From positions 5,900 through 69,899 of the forward strand of contig JBEBHP010000020.1 in the NCBI GenBank assembly GCA_040080835.1: a stretch of 64,000 nucleotides of DNA, read 5' to 3'. The position numbers and the translations under genes are program-made. The notes under the pieces were generated by a model. That model saw nothing but the letters and a program-made list of their open reading frames with translations, had not been told where the DNA came from and did no database searches. Origin of the DNA: Micropepsaceae bacterium (GTDB lineage: Bacteria; Pseudomonadota; Alphaproteobacteria; Micropepsales; Micropepsaceae). This document shows, in pieces, positions 35,973 to 44,309 of this stretch; position 1 is the first letter of the stretch, and each line of letters begins with the position of its first letter.

Positions 35973-36452
35973 TCAGCGCGCGCGCTGGCCGGCCAGCGCA
36001 ATGCCGCGAGCACCACCAGCAGACGGATCGGAAAGGATCATCTCGTTTGCGATCGATTGCGAAATCTGCGCCATCTCTGCAGGCGATGTCCTGCCGGTCA
36101 CTGTCCAGGCGCCGATGACGCGGTTGGACTTTACCGATGCAAGCCTGATGGTTTTCAACGACGCACCGTCGCTCGTCACTGTCAGGACCGTGTTGTTCTG
36201 GTCATCCGACATGGACATGCTGTACGCGCCTTGCGACGAACCAGGGGACACGATAATGTCAAGCAACCGCTGCACCTCTGTGCCCGCCACAGGGCGTGTC
36301 GCTGTATCCAGCGGCGCAGACCTGAATTGCCCGGTTGATTTCGACAGAGAACCCTTCACGGACACCTCGGTCGAATCAGCATGTGCACTACACGTTGCAA
36401 GCAACCCGACTGAACCGGCCAGAGCCAGTCGCGCAATAGCAAGATCTTTCAT
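35973..36452 (-). CDS. exported hypothetical protein, paralogue B
   Basis: Start trimmed to MKDLAIARLALAGS.... The signal peptide ends AHA|DSTE. It shares the core ..RLLDIIV.PGSS.GAYSMS...D......V.SDG..LKTI.LAS......G.WTVTG.TS..E. with paralogue A. Confidence 0.6.
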   Translation of the reverse strand: MKDLAIARLALAGSVGLLATCSAHADSTEVSVKGSLSKSTGQFRSAPLDTATRPVAGTEVQRLLDIIVSPGSSQGAYSMSMSDDQNNTVLTVTSDGASLKTIRLASVKSNRVIGAWTVTGRTSPAEMAQISQSIANEMILSDPSAGGARGIALAGQRAR

Positions 36453-36570
36453 GACAAGTCTCCTGATCGTTGTCCTGTACGAGCAGGCTGTGCGCTGAAC
36501 CGTGTCTGATTCAAGCAGAGCCATCTCCAGTTAACCTCAATTTGAGCGTTGAGGCAATGTCCGGAAGCGG

Positions 36571-37077
36571 TCACTGACCGGATTGGTTCAGTTCCTCCGG
36601 GCCGTCCCAGCCATACTTCAGGACAAGCGAAAGCGTGTAGCCCTCCTTGCCATCCAGGAAGCGCACGTCATCAAGCACCCAGCCGGTCTTCGCCTTTTCC
36701 CAGAAAAAGTGGTTCTCCATCTCCTGGTCAAAGTTTTTGAAGCGAACAACCACGATGCGCCGTGCCGGACCGTTCTCGACGGTGCGAATGCTGACCTTGC
36801 TGCGGCTGACTTTTGAATCCTGGCCGTTCACAAAATAGTCGAAGTCAATGCGACCAACTTCGTCCTTGCCTGTCTCGTGCTCGTCGAGCGCGAATAGTCC
36901 AGCAAGCCTTGCTGATAGCGGTAGTTCGACTTCCTGGGATTCTTTTTCAAGCGCCGCGTATGCGGCCCTCATGGCAACTTCCGGGTCCGACACCTTGATC
37001 GGCTTTGCCTGTGTCGGTGAGCTGGCAAGGGTCATCATCGATGCGATCAGCGCACCGGCAGCAAAAGTAGTGTTCAT
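36571..37077 (-). CDS. exported hypothetical protein
   Basis: 168 aa with a signal peptide (..SSPTQA|KP). Soluble, acidic, no recognised motif. Confidence 0.55.
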   Translation of the reverse strand: MNTTFAAGALIASMMTLASSPTQAKPIKVSDPEVAMRAAYAALEKESQEVELPLSARLAGLFALDEHETGKDEVGRIDFDYFVNGQDSKVSRSKVSIRTVENGPARRIVVVRFKNFDQEMENHFFWEKAKTGWVLDDVRFLDGKEGYTLSLVLKYGWDGPEELNQSGQ

Positions 37078-37089
37078 GATTTTGGTCCG

Positions 37090-37377
37090 CTAGAGAGCTT
37101 CGATAGCAGTCACGCAGGGCGAAGGCGGTTGATTGGCCTTGTGCACGGCGTCAACAACGCGTTGCTTGTCATCGGCATGAATGTCGATCTCGGTGGCAAT
37201 CGACCGGATCAGCGCATTGGCCTGGTCCTGCGACAGCGTTCCGCCTTCAACGGCAGTGTCAATGACCTTGCAGGCGCCCACATAAGCACCGCCGACGCCT
37301 CCCAGCACGGCGCCACCCAGCGCGCCGGCAACACCGCCCAGCAGGAATACAAACAGAAATGCGAAAAACCGGCCCAT
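37090..37377 (-). CDS. small Gly-rich membrane-anchored protein (hypothetical)
   Basis: 95 aa with an N-terminal glycine-zipper-like TM (FLLGGVAGALGGAVLGGVGGAYVGA). It ends 12 nt upstream of the next gene. Confidence 0.5.
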   Translation of the reverse strand: MGRFFAFLFVFLLGGVAGALGGAVLGGVGGAYVGACKVIDTAVEGGTLSQDQANALIRSIATEIDIHADDKQRVVDAVHKANQPPSPCVTAIEAL

Positions 37378-37524
37378 GAAAAATCCTCCTCAAGTGCAAT
37401 CACCTGAAGGGATGAATGTGGCAGTTGTGAGGTAGTCATTCAAGACGCGGCTCCCGAAGCCGCCCGGCTCGCTGCGTCGTGCCGCCGCGGCAGGGCCCCT
37501 TGCTATGATCCACTAACATCAGTA

Positions 37525-37552
37525 ATTTCTGTAATGACAGAAATAACTGTCA
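37525..37552. promoter_or_regulatory. candidate operator: overlapping palindromes upstream of the GbsR/MarR gene
   Basis: atttctgt-aatg-acagaaat has perfect 8-bp arms (37525..37544). It overlaps tgacag-aaataa-ctgtca (37535..37552), which ends 10 nt before the ATG. Confidence 0.45.
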
Positions 37553-37561
37553 GGTGCTGCC

Positions 37562-38095
37562 ATGCCAATGCCTCCTGTCCTCGAAAAAGTTGTTCTGCAC
37601 TGGGGTGAAATGGGGGCGCGTTGGGGCGTCAACCGTTCAGTCGCACAGATCCATGCGCTTTTGTGGCTCTCGGGTCGCGCGATGACCGCAGAGGAGATTT
37701 CCGAGACGCTGGGCATCGCAAGATCGAACGCCTCGACCTCCCTCGATGAGCTGCAAGCCTTCCGGCTTGTGACGCTCGTGCATGTCATCGGCGACCGGAG
37801 AAACTACTACGAAGTCAGGGGTGACACCTGGGACATCGTCCAGGTCATCGTGGACGAGCGCAAGAAGCGCGAGATCGACCCAACGCTTTCTGTGTTGCGT
37901 GAAGCGCAACTGCAGGCGGGCACAGACGCCTCTACGCCAGCTGACGTGAAGCTGAGGTTGGAAGAGATGCTGGGCTTCATCGAGCGCATGACGGGCTGGT
38001 ACGAGCAGATGCGCCGGGTCCCGAGACCGACCTTGCAGAGGCTGATCAGGCTTGGCGCCGGAGTCGTCCGCTTCGTCAGCAAAAAAGCGAGCTAG
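37562..38095 (+). CDS. GbsR/MarR-family transcriptional regulator
   Basis: WGVNRSVAQIHALLWLSGRAMTAEEISETLGIARSNASTSLDELQAFRLV...GDRRNYYEV...ERKKREIDPT is the family-typical wHTH. Confidence 0.8.
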   Translation: MPMPPVLEKVVLHWGEMGARWGVNRSVAQIHALLWLSGRAMTAEEISETLGIARSNASTSLDELQAFRLVTLVHVIGDRRNYYEVRGDTWDIVQVIVDERKKREIDPTLSVLREAQLQAGTDASTPADVKLRLEEMLGFIERMTGWYEQMRRVPRPTLQRLIRLGAGVVRFVSKKAS

Positions 38096-38097
38096 AA

Positions 38098-38757
38098 ATG
38101 AAGGCGACACCATCGGCCTGGTTTTGGAGTGGTCCAAAGGCGATCATTGAAGACTTCGACCGGACGACAAATGATACAATCCTGCGAATTATAGGCGCAA
38201 GACAATGGCTGCAGCTTCCTGCAGATGTTCGAAGGCGATTTGAGCGGGTTCTGCCTGCGGCCTACGCCGGTGAGACCGAGACGACGCTCAACCTGGCTGG
38301 TCGCATCTTTGCGATGACTCTGCTTGTCTTCGGTGCGCCCATCCCCGTGCTGACGGGAAAGCGAAGCGCAACAGTTTTTGTAAACGTCAAGGATGGCGGC
38401 ATGTCATGGACGCGTATTTATCGCGGCCCCGCCGGACTGGCGTTTCGTGTGCGTTCGATCAAGCGACTGTCGGAAGACGGGCGCCTGTTCGAATGCTGTG
38501 CGGGCGGATGGACGATGCTGCTTGATGTCTTCGCCGACCAGGGCAGCCTCGTCTTCCGTTCGCGGCAATTCTTCTGGCGGTGTGGCGCCGTGAGTATCCC
38601 GCTGCCTCTATGGATGACCCCCGGCCTTGCCGAAGTTCGCCATATCGACCAGGGCAAGGGAAGCTTTCGGTTCACATTGTCATTTGATCATCCCTGGTTT
38701 GGTCGGACAGTATTCCAGGACGGCGTATTCCAGGACCCGCAGGAGTGGAACAAATGA
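38098..38757 (+). CDS. DUF4166-like protein
   Basis: 219 aa. The name rests on my recollection that DUF4166 proteins sit next to TIGR01777-type SDR genes and on the general sequence pattern. Not HMM-verified. Confidence 0.5.
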   Translation: MKATPSAWFWSGPKAIIEDFDRTTNDTILRIIGARQWLQLPADVRRRFERVLPAAYAGETETTLNLAGRIFAMTLLVFGAPIPVLTGKRSATVFVNVKDGGMSWTRIYRGPAGLAFRVRSIKRLSEDGRLFECCAGGWTMLLDVFADQGSLVFRSRQFFWRCGAVSIPLPLWMTPGLAEVRHIDQGKGSFRFTLSFDHPWFGRTVFQDGVFQDPQEWNK

Positions 38758-40361
38758 CGGCAACCATGCTTGCCCTGCTGACGTTGCAGATTGTGTTCGG
38801 CGCGCTCGACAATATTTTACACCACGAAATCACCGAGCGACTGCCGTCAAAGCCTTCGGCACGATATGAACTCGCCCTCCACAGTGCGCGGGAAGGCATC
38901 TATGGATGCCTGTTTTTGATATTTGCCTGGACCGAGCCTGCCGGGTTCTTTGCGGCACTCGTGCTTGTGTTGCTCGCCACTGAAATCGTAGTCACGATCC
39001 TGGATTTCCTCGAAGAGGACCGCTCGCGGCACCTGCCGCCTTTCGAGCGCGTTTTGCATACCGTGTTGGCAATCTTCTATGGCGGGTTCCTCATTTCCGT
39101 CATTCCCTGGCTTGCCGCCTCTGCGATGAGCGCCAGCCAGATCAACTTTGTCGATCACGGCGCCCTTTCCTGGTTCTTCACGGTTTCGTCAATCGGCGTG
39201 TTTGCATTTTCGGTTCGCAATTTCATCGCGGTTCGCGTACTCGGGAAGCAAGCCACTCGCCAGCACCTGGTTCAGCCGCAAAGCGGAAGAACTGTTTTGG
39301 TCACAGGCGGCACGGGCTTTGTTGGATCTGCCCTGGTTGCAAGGCTCGAGACCAGAGGGGACAGGGTGTTCGTTCTCTCCCGCGATGTACGCCAGGCAAA
39401 GGTGCTTCTGGGCGCAAATGTGCGCCACTTGGCATCATTGTCTGAGTTGCCGGCTGAAACGCGCATCGACGCAGTTGTCAATCTGGCTGGTGCGCCTATC
39501 ATTGGACTTCCCTGGACGGCTTCAAGGCGCAGGGCGATCTGGCGATCACGCATCGAAACGACCGATGCCCTGGTCGACTGGATGAAAACCCTTGAACAAA
39601 AACCACGCGTGCTCGTGAGTGGTTCCGCGGTTGGTTATTATGGCGATCGCGCCGACGAGGCACTGTCTGATGACGAAAACAGGGGACGCGGCTTCGCAGC
39701 GGAACTCTGTGCCGCCTGGGAAGAAGCCGCGATGGGCGCGCGCGACCTTGGCATCCGCGTTGTCTGTTTGCGGCTCGGCCTTGTTCTCGACCTTGACGGC
39801 GGCGCGCTGCCCATGATGGCGTTGCCATGCCGCTTTGGACTTGGTGCCATCTTCGGCAACGGGCAACAATGGATGAGCTGGATTACGCGCAACGATCTTT
39901 TGAGAATGATCGTCACCGCGATCGATTCAGACAAGTGGCAGGGCGCCATCAACGCGGTTGCGCCCGAGCCGGTGCGGCATGCTGACTTCCAGAAATCTAT
40001 GGCGCGCTCGTTGCGTCGCCCGCTCTATTTCCGCGTGCCTGCGTGGGCACTTCGCCTGGGTATGGGCGAAATGTCCTCGATCTTTCTCTATTCCCAGCGC
40101 GTTGTGCCAGACAGCGCCCGGAATCTGGGGTTTGCTTTCGACGTGCACTGGGCCGCTGATGCGCTGGAACTGATCATTGGTGCACAGTCAGTTGAATGCG
40201 CCATGCCCAAACAGTCATTGCAAACAGCACGCCCGATAGGGGACAATCCAGTCATTCAGCACTCACAAACCGGATTGCAAGATGACGATCACACTTCACG
40301 GCTCGCCCCTGTCCCCATTCGTGCGCAAGGTGCGGGTGGTGCTTGCGGAAAAGCAGCTTGA
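38754..40361 (+). CDS. membrane domain fused to a TIGR01777/YfcH-like NAD-dependent epimerase (SDR, DUF1731 C-terminus)
   Basis: ATGA coupling to the upstream gene. About 170 aa of TM helices, then the Rossmann motif VLVTGGTGFVGSAL and a YfcH-like body (SGSAVGYYGD...RLGLVL...). The C-terminal tail runs 80 nt into the next gene. Confidence 0.8.
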   Translation: MTATMLALLTLQIVFGALDNILHHEITERLPSKPSARYELALHSAREGIYGCLFLIFAWTEPAGFFAALVLVLLATEIVVTILDFLEEDRSRHLPPFERVLHTVLAIFYGGFLISVIPWLAASAMSASQINFVDHGALSWFFTVSSIGVFAFSVRNFIAVRVLGKQATRQHLVQPQSGRTVLVTGGTGFVGSALVARLETRGDRVFVLSRDVRQAKVLLGANVRHLASLSELPAETRIDAVVNLAGAPIIGLPWTASRRRAIWRSRIETTDALVDWMKTLEQKPRVLVSGSAVGYYGDRADEALSDDENRGRGFAAELCAAWEEAAMGARDLGIRVVCLRLGLVLDLDGGALPMMALPCRFGLGAIFGNGQQWMSWITRNDLLRMIVTAIDSDKWQGAINAVAPEPVRHADFQKSMARSLRRPLYFRVPAWALRLGMGEMSSIFLYSQRVVPDSARNLGFAFDVHWAADALELIIGAQSVECAMPKQSLQTARPIGDNPVIQHSQTGLQDDDHTSRLAPVPIRAQGAGGACGKAA

Positions 40362-40959
40362 ATACAAGCTTGACCCGATTTCACCCTTTGCGCCACCGCC
40401 CGACTTCGAAAAGATTTCACCATTGAAACGCATCCCGGTCTTGCGCGATGAAAGCGAAGGACCGAATGCAATCCTGCCAGACTCCTCAGCCATCTGTGGC
40501 TATCTGGAAAAAAAGCATCCGCTCCCGGCACTCTATCCATCCCAGCCTTTTGCATATGGCCAGGCGCTCTGGTTCGAAGAATACGCAGACACGGATTTCG
40601 TTGCAGCAACCGGCCTTGGCATGTTTCGACCTGTTGTCGTCAACATGTTCTCGAAAAAAGCGCCGGACATGGCCCAGGCCCAGGATGTCTGGGACAACAA
40701 GGTCCAGAAGTTCCTGGAGTACTATGAAGCCCACCTCAAGGACCGCACCTGGTTTGCAGGTGACAGCTTCTCCATCGCAGACATCTCTGTTGCATCACCC
40801 TTCGTAAACGTCGCGCACACGGGATTTGCGCCGGATGCTGGCAAGTTTCCAAACTTGACCCGCTTGCTCAAGACTGTGTTGGCAAGACCAAGCTTTGCGG
40901 CCTGCGTGGCGCACGAACTCAAGATCGTTGCACCGCTTGGATTGAAATACGCGCTCTGA
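40282..40959 (+). CDS. glutathione S-transferase
   Basis: 225 aa. MTITLHGSPLSPFVRKVRVVL...KRIPVL is the GST N-terminal domain, followed by a helical C-terminal domain. Confidence 0.9.
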   Translation: MTITLHGSPLSPFVRKVRVVLAEKQLEYKLDPISPFAPPPDFEKISPLKRIPVLRDESEGPNAILPDSSAICGYLEKKHPLPALYPSQPFAYGQALWFEEYADTDFVAATGLGMFRPVVVNMFSKKAPDMAQAQDVWDNKVQKFLEYYEAHLKDRTWFAGDSFSIADISVASPFVNVAHTGFAPDAGKFPNLTRLLKTVLARPSFAACVAHELKIVAPLGLKYAL

Positions 40960-40981
40960 ACCAATTCGTCGCGAGGTTGAT

Positions 40982-43078
40982 ATGCAGAAAGTCGCGTTGG
41001 CAGCACTGTCAATTGTGATCATGACAGTTACGGGAGTTTCCATGGCTCAGGAAGCCGATCAGTTTCAGTGGCTGGAAGATGTTGAAGGCGCCAGGGCGCT
41101 GGAATGGGTAACTGCACAAAATGAGCGTTCGCTGAAACTGCTCAAGTCGGATGAAAGATTTTCCGACCTCGAAGCCAAGGCGCTGGCAATTCTTGAGGCA
41201 AAGGATCGAATTCCGTCGCCCGCTTTTCGTGCGGGCCAGGTGTACAACTTCTGGCAGGATCAGAGCGCCGTGCGCGGCATCCTCCGCCGAACTACAACAT
41301 CTTCATTCCGGACGGATGCACCAGCCTGGGAAACGGTGCTGGATGTCGATGCACTGTCAAAGTCCGAAGGCGCCAATTGGGTTTACAAGGGCAGCAACTG
41401 CCTGCAGCCCGAAGAAACGCGCTGCATGATCGAGCTCTCAGACGGCGGCAAGGATGCGGTCGAAATCCGTGAGTATGACCTGAAAAGCAAAACATTCATG
41501 GACGGCGGCTTCAAGCTCTCGGCAGGCAAGCAGAACGTTGACTGGCTGGACCAAGATACGCTGTACGTCTCGCGTGAGTGGGGCCCGGGCACAATGACTG
41601 AGTCCGGCTATCCCTACATCGTCAAGAAGTGGACGCGCGGCACTAAAATCGATGACGCTGTCGAAGTCTATCGCGGCAAGCAGACAGACGTCGCCGCGGG
41701 CGGGGGAGCGTGGCGAGACGAAAATGGAAAAGTCCAGGCCGTCATTTTCTTCCGCTATCCGTCATTTTTTGAAACGGAATATTACCTTTCGACAGACAAT
41801 GGCCCGGTCAAACTGCCGTTCCCGCTCAAGTCATCCTTAAAGGCGTTGGTGGCACATCAGCTGATCCTGACACTGGACGACGACTGGAAGTGGAATGGAA
41901 AGTCCTATGCCAAAGGGGCGGTGCTCTCTTTCAATCTGGACGACATCAGGAAGGACAGTGCCAACGCGAACGCCACACTGATCTTCGCGCCGGGACCGCG
42001 CGAGTCTGTCGAAGAAGTCTCAAGCACGCGCAACCTGCTGTTGCTCGCAGTGTACGAAAATGTGAAGGGCGGACTGTATGCTTTCAGTTTTGAAGGCGGT
42101 ACGTGGCTGAAGAAAAAGCTGACGCTGCCAGCGAACGCGACGATCAACATCCTCTCGACCCGCAACGAGGACGATGCAGTGTTCGTCAACGCTGCAAGCT
42201 TTGTCGAACCCGACGGTCTGTATTTCGGCGATGCCAGCAAGAACAACCTCGAACGGGTCAAGTCGCTACCCGCCCGTTTTGACGCATCCAGAATTCAGGT
42301 CGATCAGTTCGAAGCCGCATCCACCGATGGCACGAAAATCCCGTACTTCATCGTGCACCGAAAAGACATCAAGCTTGATGGCACCAATCCGACACTGCTC
42401 TATGGGTATGGCGGCTTCCAGGTCTCGATGACACCAAGCTACTCCGGCACCGTCGGAAAGCTGTGGCTTGAGCTGGGAGGGGTCTATGTTCTCGCAAACA
42501 TACGTGGCGGCGGTGAGTTCGGTCCGGCCTGGCACGACGCCGGGCTGAAGACCAAGCGGCAGATCATCTATGACGACTTCGTTGCGGTCGCCAACGACCT
42601 GATTTCACGCAAGGTGACTTCGCCGCGCCGTCTCGGAATTGAGGGCGGCTCGAATGGTGGGCTTCTGATGGGGGTCGAGTTCACGCAGCATCCGGAACTC
42701 TGGAATGCCGTTGTGATCCAGGTCCCGCTGCTTGACATGCTTCGTTACCACAAACTTTTGGCTGGTGCCTCGTGGATGGGTGAATACGGTGATCCTGACG
42801 ACCCGGTTGAAGGCGCCTTCCTGCGCAAGATCTCGCCGTATCACAATCTGAAGGAAGGCGTGAAATATCCCGAGCCGTTCTTTGTTACTTCGTCAAAGGA
42901 CGATCGTGTGCATCCAGGACACGCGCGCAAGATGGCGGCCAGAATGGAAGCAATGCACCTGCCGTTCCTCTACTATGAGAACGTCGACGGAGGCCACGCT
43001 GCAGCCGCAAACCAGCGCGAGCGCGCCAAGCGCATCGCTCTCGAGTTCACGTATCTGTCACGCAAGCTGATGGACTAG
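40982..43078 (+). CDS. prolyl oligopeptidase family serine peptidase (S9A)
   Basis: 698 aa with a signal peptide, a beta-propeller region and an alpha/beta hydrolase domain with GGSNGGLL (nucleophile Ser) and a DDRVHP / GGH triad context. Confidence 0.9.
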   Translation: MQKVALAALSIVIMTVTGVSMAQEADQFQWLEDVEGARALEWVTAQNERSLKLLKSDERFSDLEAKALAILEAKDRIPSPAFRAGQVYNFWQDQSAVRGILRRTTTSSFRTDAPAWETVLDVDALSKSEGANWVYKGSNCLQPEETRCMIELSDGGKDAVEIREYDLKSKTFMDGGFKLSAGKQNVDWLDQDTLYVSREWGPGTMTESGYPYIVKKWTRGTKIDDAVEVYRGKQTDVAAGGGAWRDENGKVQAVIFFRYPSFFETEYYLSTDNGPVKLPFPLKSSLKALVAHQLILTLDDDWKWNGKSYAKGAVLSFNLDDIRKDSANANATLIFAPGPRESVEEVSSTRNLLLLAVYENVKGGLYAFSFEGGTWLKKKLTLPANATINILSTRNEDDAVFVNAASFVEPDGLYFGDASKNNLERVKSLPARFDASRIQVDQFEAASTDGTKIPYFIVHRKDIKLDGTNPTLLYGYGGFQVSMTPSYSGTVGKLWLELGGVYVLANIRGGGEFGPAWHDAGLKTKRQIIYDDFVAVANDLISRKVTSPRRLGIEGGSNGGLLMGVEFTQHPELWNAVVIQVPLLDMLRYHKLLAGASWMGEYGDPDDPVEGAFLRKISPYHNLKEGVKYPEPFFVTSSKDDRVHPGHARKMAARMEAMHLPFLYYENVDGGHAAAANQRERAKRIALEFTYLSRKLMD

Positions 43079-44103
43079 GCTTTCAAGAGTCCTTGCGCGA
43101 TCAGGCTGTCTGCAGTCGCCACGATGGCGTCTTCGGTGGAATGGCGTGTCCAGCCCAGCGTCCGGCAGGCTTTCTCGCCGGTTGCCGGACGCACGCGTCC
43201 CAGTTCCGGAACAATCTGGCCAACGATGGGATCGAAGCGCGCCACGATGCGAACGAGCCAGTTGGGCAGCGTGCGCGTCGGTACACGCCGTGCTGCTTCT
43301 CCCATGCGGGCTTTCAGGATTTTCGCAACATCCGACATCCAGCAGAACTGCTCGTTGGTCGCAAGAAAGCGCTGGCCGGCTGCTGCCGGATGGCGCATGG
43401 CGCGAATATGAAGATCGGCAACGTCGCGGACATCGACGATTGAAAAGCCGATTTTCGGACAGCCCGGGAAAGATCCATCCATCAACTTTTTCACGATCTC
43501 GATGGACGTCGAATAATCCTTGCCAAGCACCGGACCCAGCACGGCGACGGGATTGACTACGGCAAGCTCCAGTCCTTCGCGATTGGCAAAATCCCAGGCC
43601 GCCTTTTCAGCAATCGTTTTTGACTTCACATACGCGCGAACATCTGCGCCTTCCGGGTCGGTCCAGTCTTCTTCATGGAAAGGCTTGGAAGGGTTTCCCG
43701 GTCTTCCATAGCCAATCGCTGCGAAGGAAGACGTTACAACAGCGCGTTTTACGCCCGCCGCCTTTGCTGCCTTCAGCGCCCGCAACGTGCCTTCGCGTGC
43801 GGGAATGATAAGCTCGTCTTCATGCTTTGGCACGGCGGGAGGAAAAGGAGATGCAATATGCAGGAGATAGTCACAGCCCTTTGCAGCTTCGTTCCAGCCG
43901 ACATCCGACATCAGGTCGGCCTGCGCAAACGACAGTTGATCGCCGGCTTGCGCACCACCCGCAGCCACAATACCGCGCACCTCGGCCTCTCGTGAGGGCG
44001 TGCGCAAGGTTGCCCGCACCCGGTTGCCAGCCTTGAGCAGTTGCACGATCGAATGCACGCCGATGAAGCCCGAACCACCGGTGACAAGGACCAGATCACT
44101 CAT
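43075..44103 (-). CDS. NAD-dependent epimerase/dehydratase-family (aldehyde/flavonol reductase-like) SDR
   Basis: Trimmed to MSDLVLVTGGSGFIGVHSIVQLL. 342 aa, with a YxxxK context (YVKSK). Confidence 0.85.
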   Translation of the reverse strand: MSDLVLVTGGSGFIGVHSIVQLLKAGNRVRATLRTPSREAEVRGIVAAGGAQAGDQLSFAQADLMSDVGWNEAAKGCDYLLHIASPFPPAVPKHEDELIIPAREGTLRALKAAKAAGVKRAVVTSSFAAIGYGRPGNPSKPFHEEDWTDPEGADVRAYVKSKTIAEKAAWDFANREGLELAVVNPVAVLGPVLGKDYSTSIEIVKKLMDGSFPGCPKIGFSIVDVRDVADLHIRAMRHPAAAGQRFLATNEQFCWMSDVAKILKARMGEAARRVPTRTLPNWLVRIVARFDPIVGQIVPELGRVRPATGEKACRTLGWTRHSTEDAIVATADSLIAQGLLKA

Positions 44104-44309
44104 TGCCGTTTCTCCAATGTTCAATGCGGCGCATGCAATTGAGCGAAAGTATCCGCTCCCGAATGGCAATGATAGCGCGAACGGAGAATGAAACTGGTGG
44201 GAAGTGGTCGTGGGTATTGCGGTGCTGCGCCCCCGTATGATCTTGCCCCGCACGCTGTTTTCATGGACAAACTCGTCAAGCAAGCCGAACCCCGGAGCGC
44301 AATCGACTC

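Noticed and set aside
43075-43078. Convergent genes sharing overlapping stop codons (CTAG)
   Set aside because: A trivial consequence of the palindromic CTAG. It has no functional implication.
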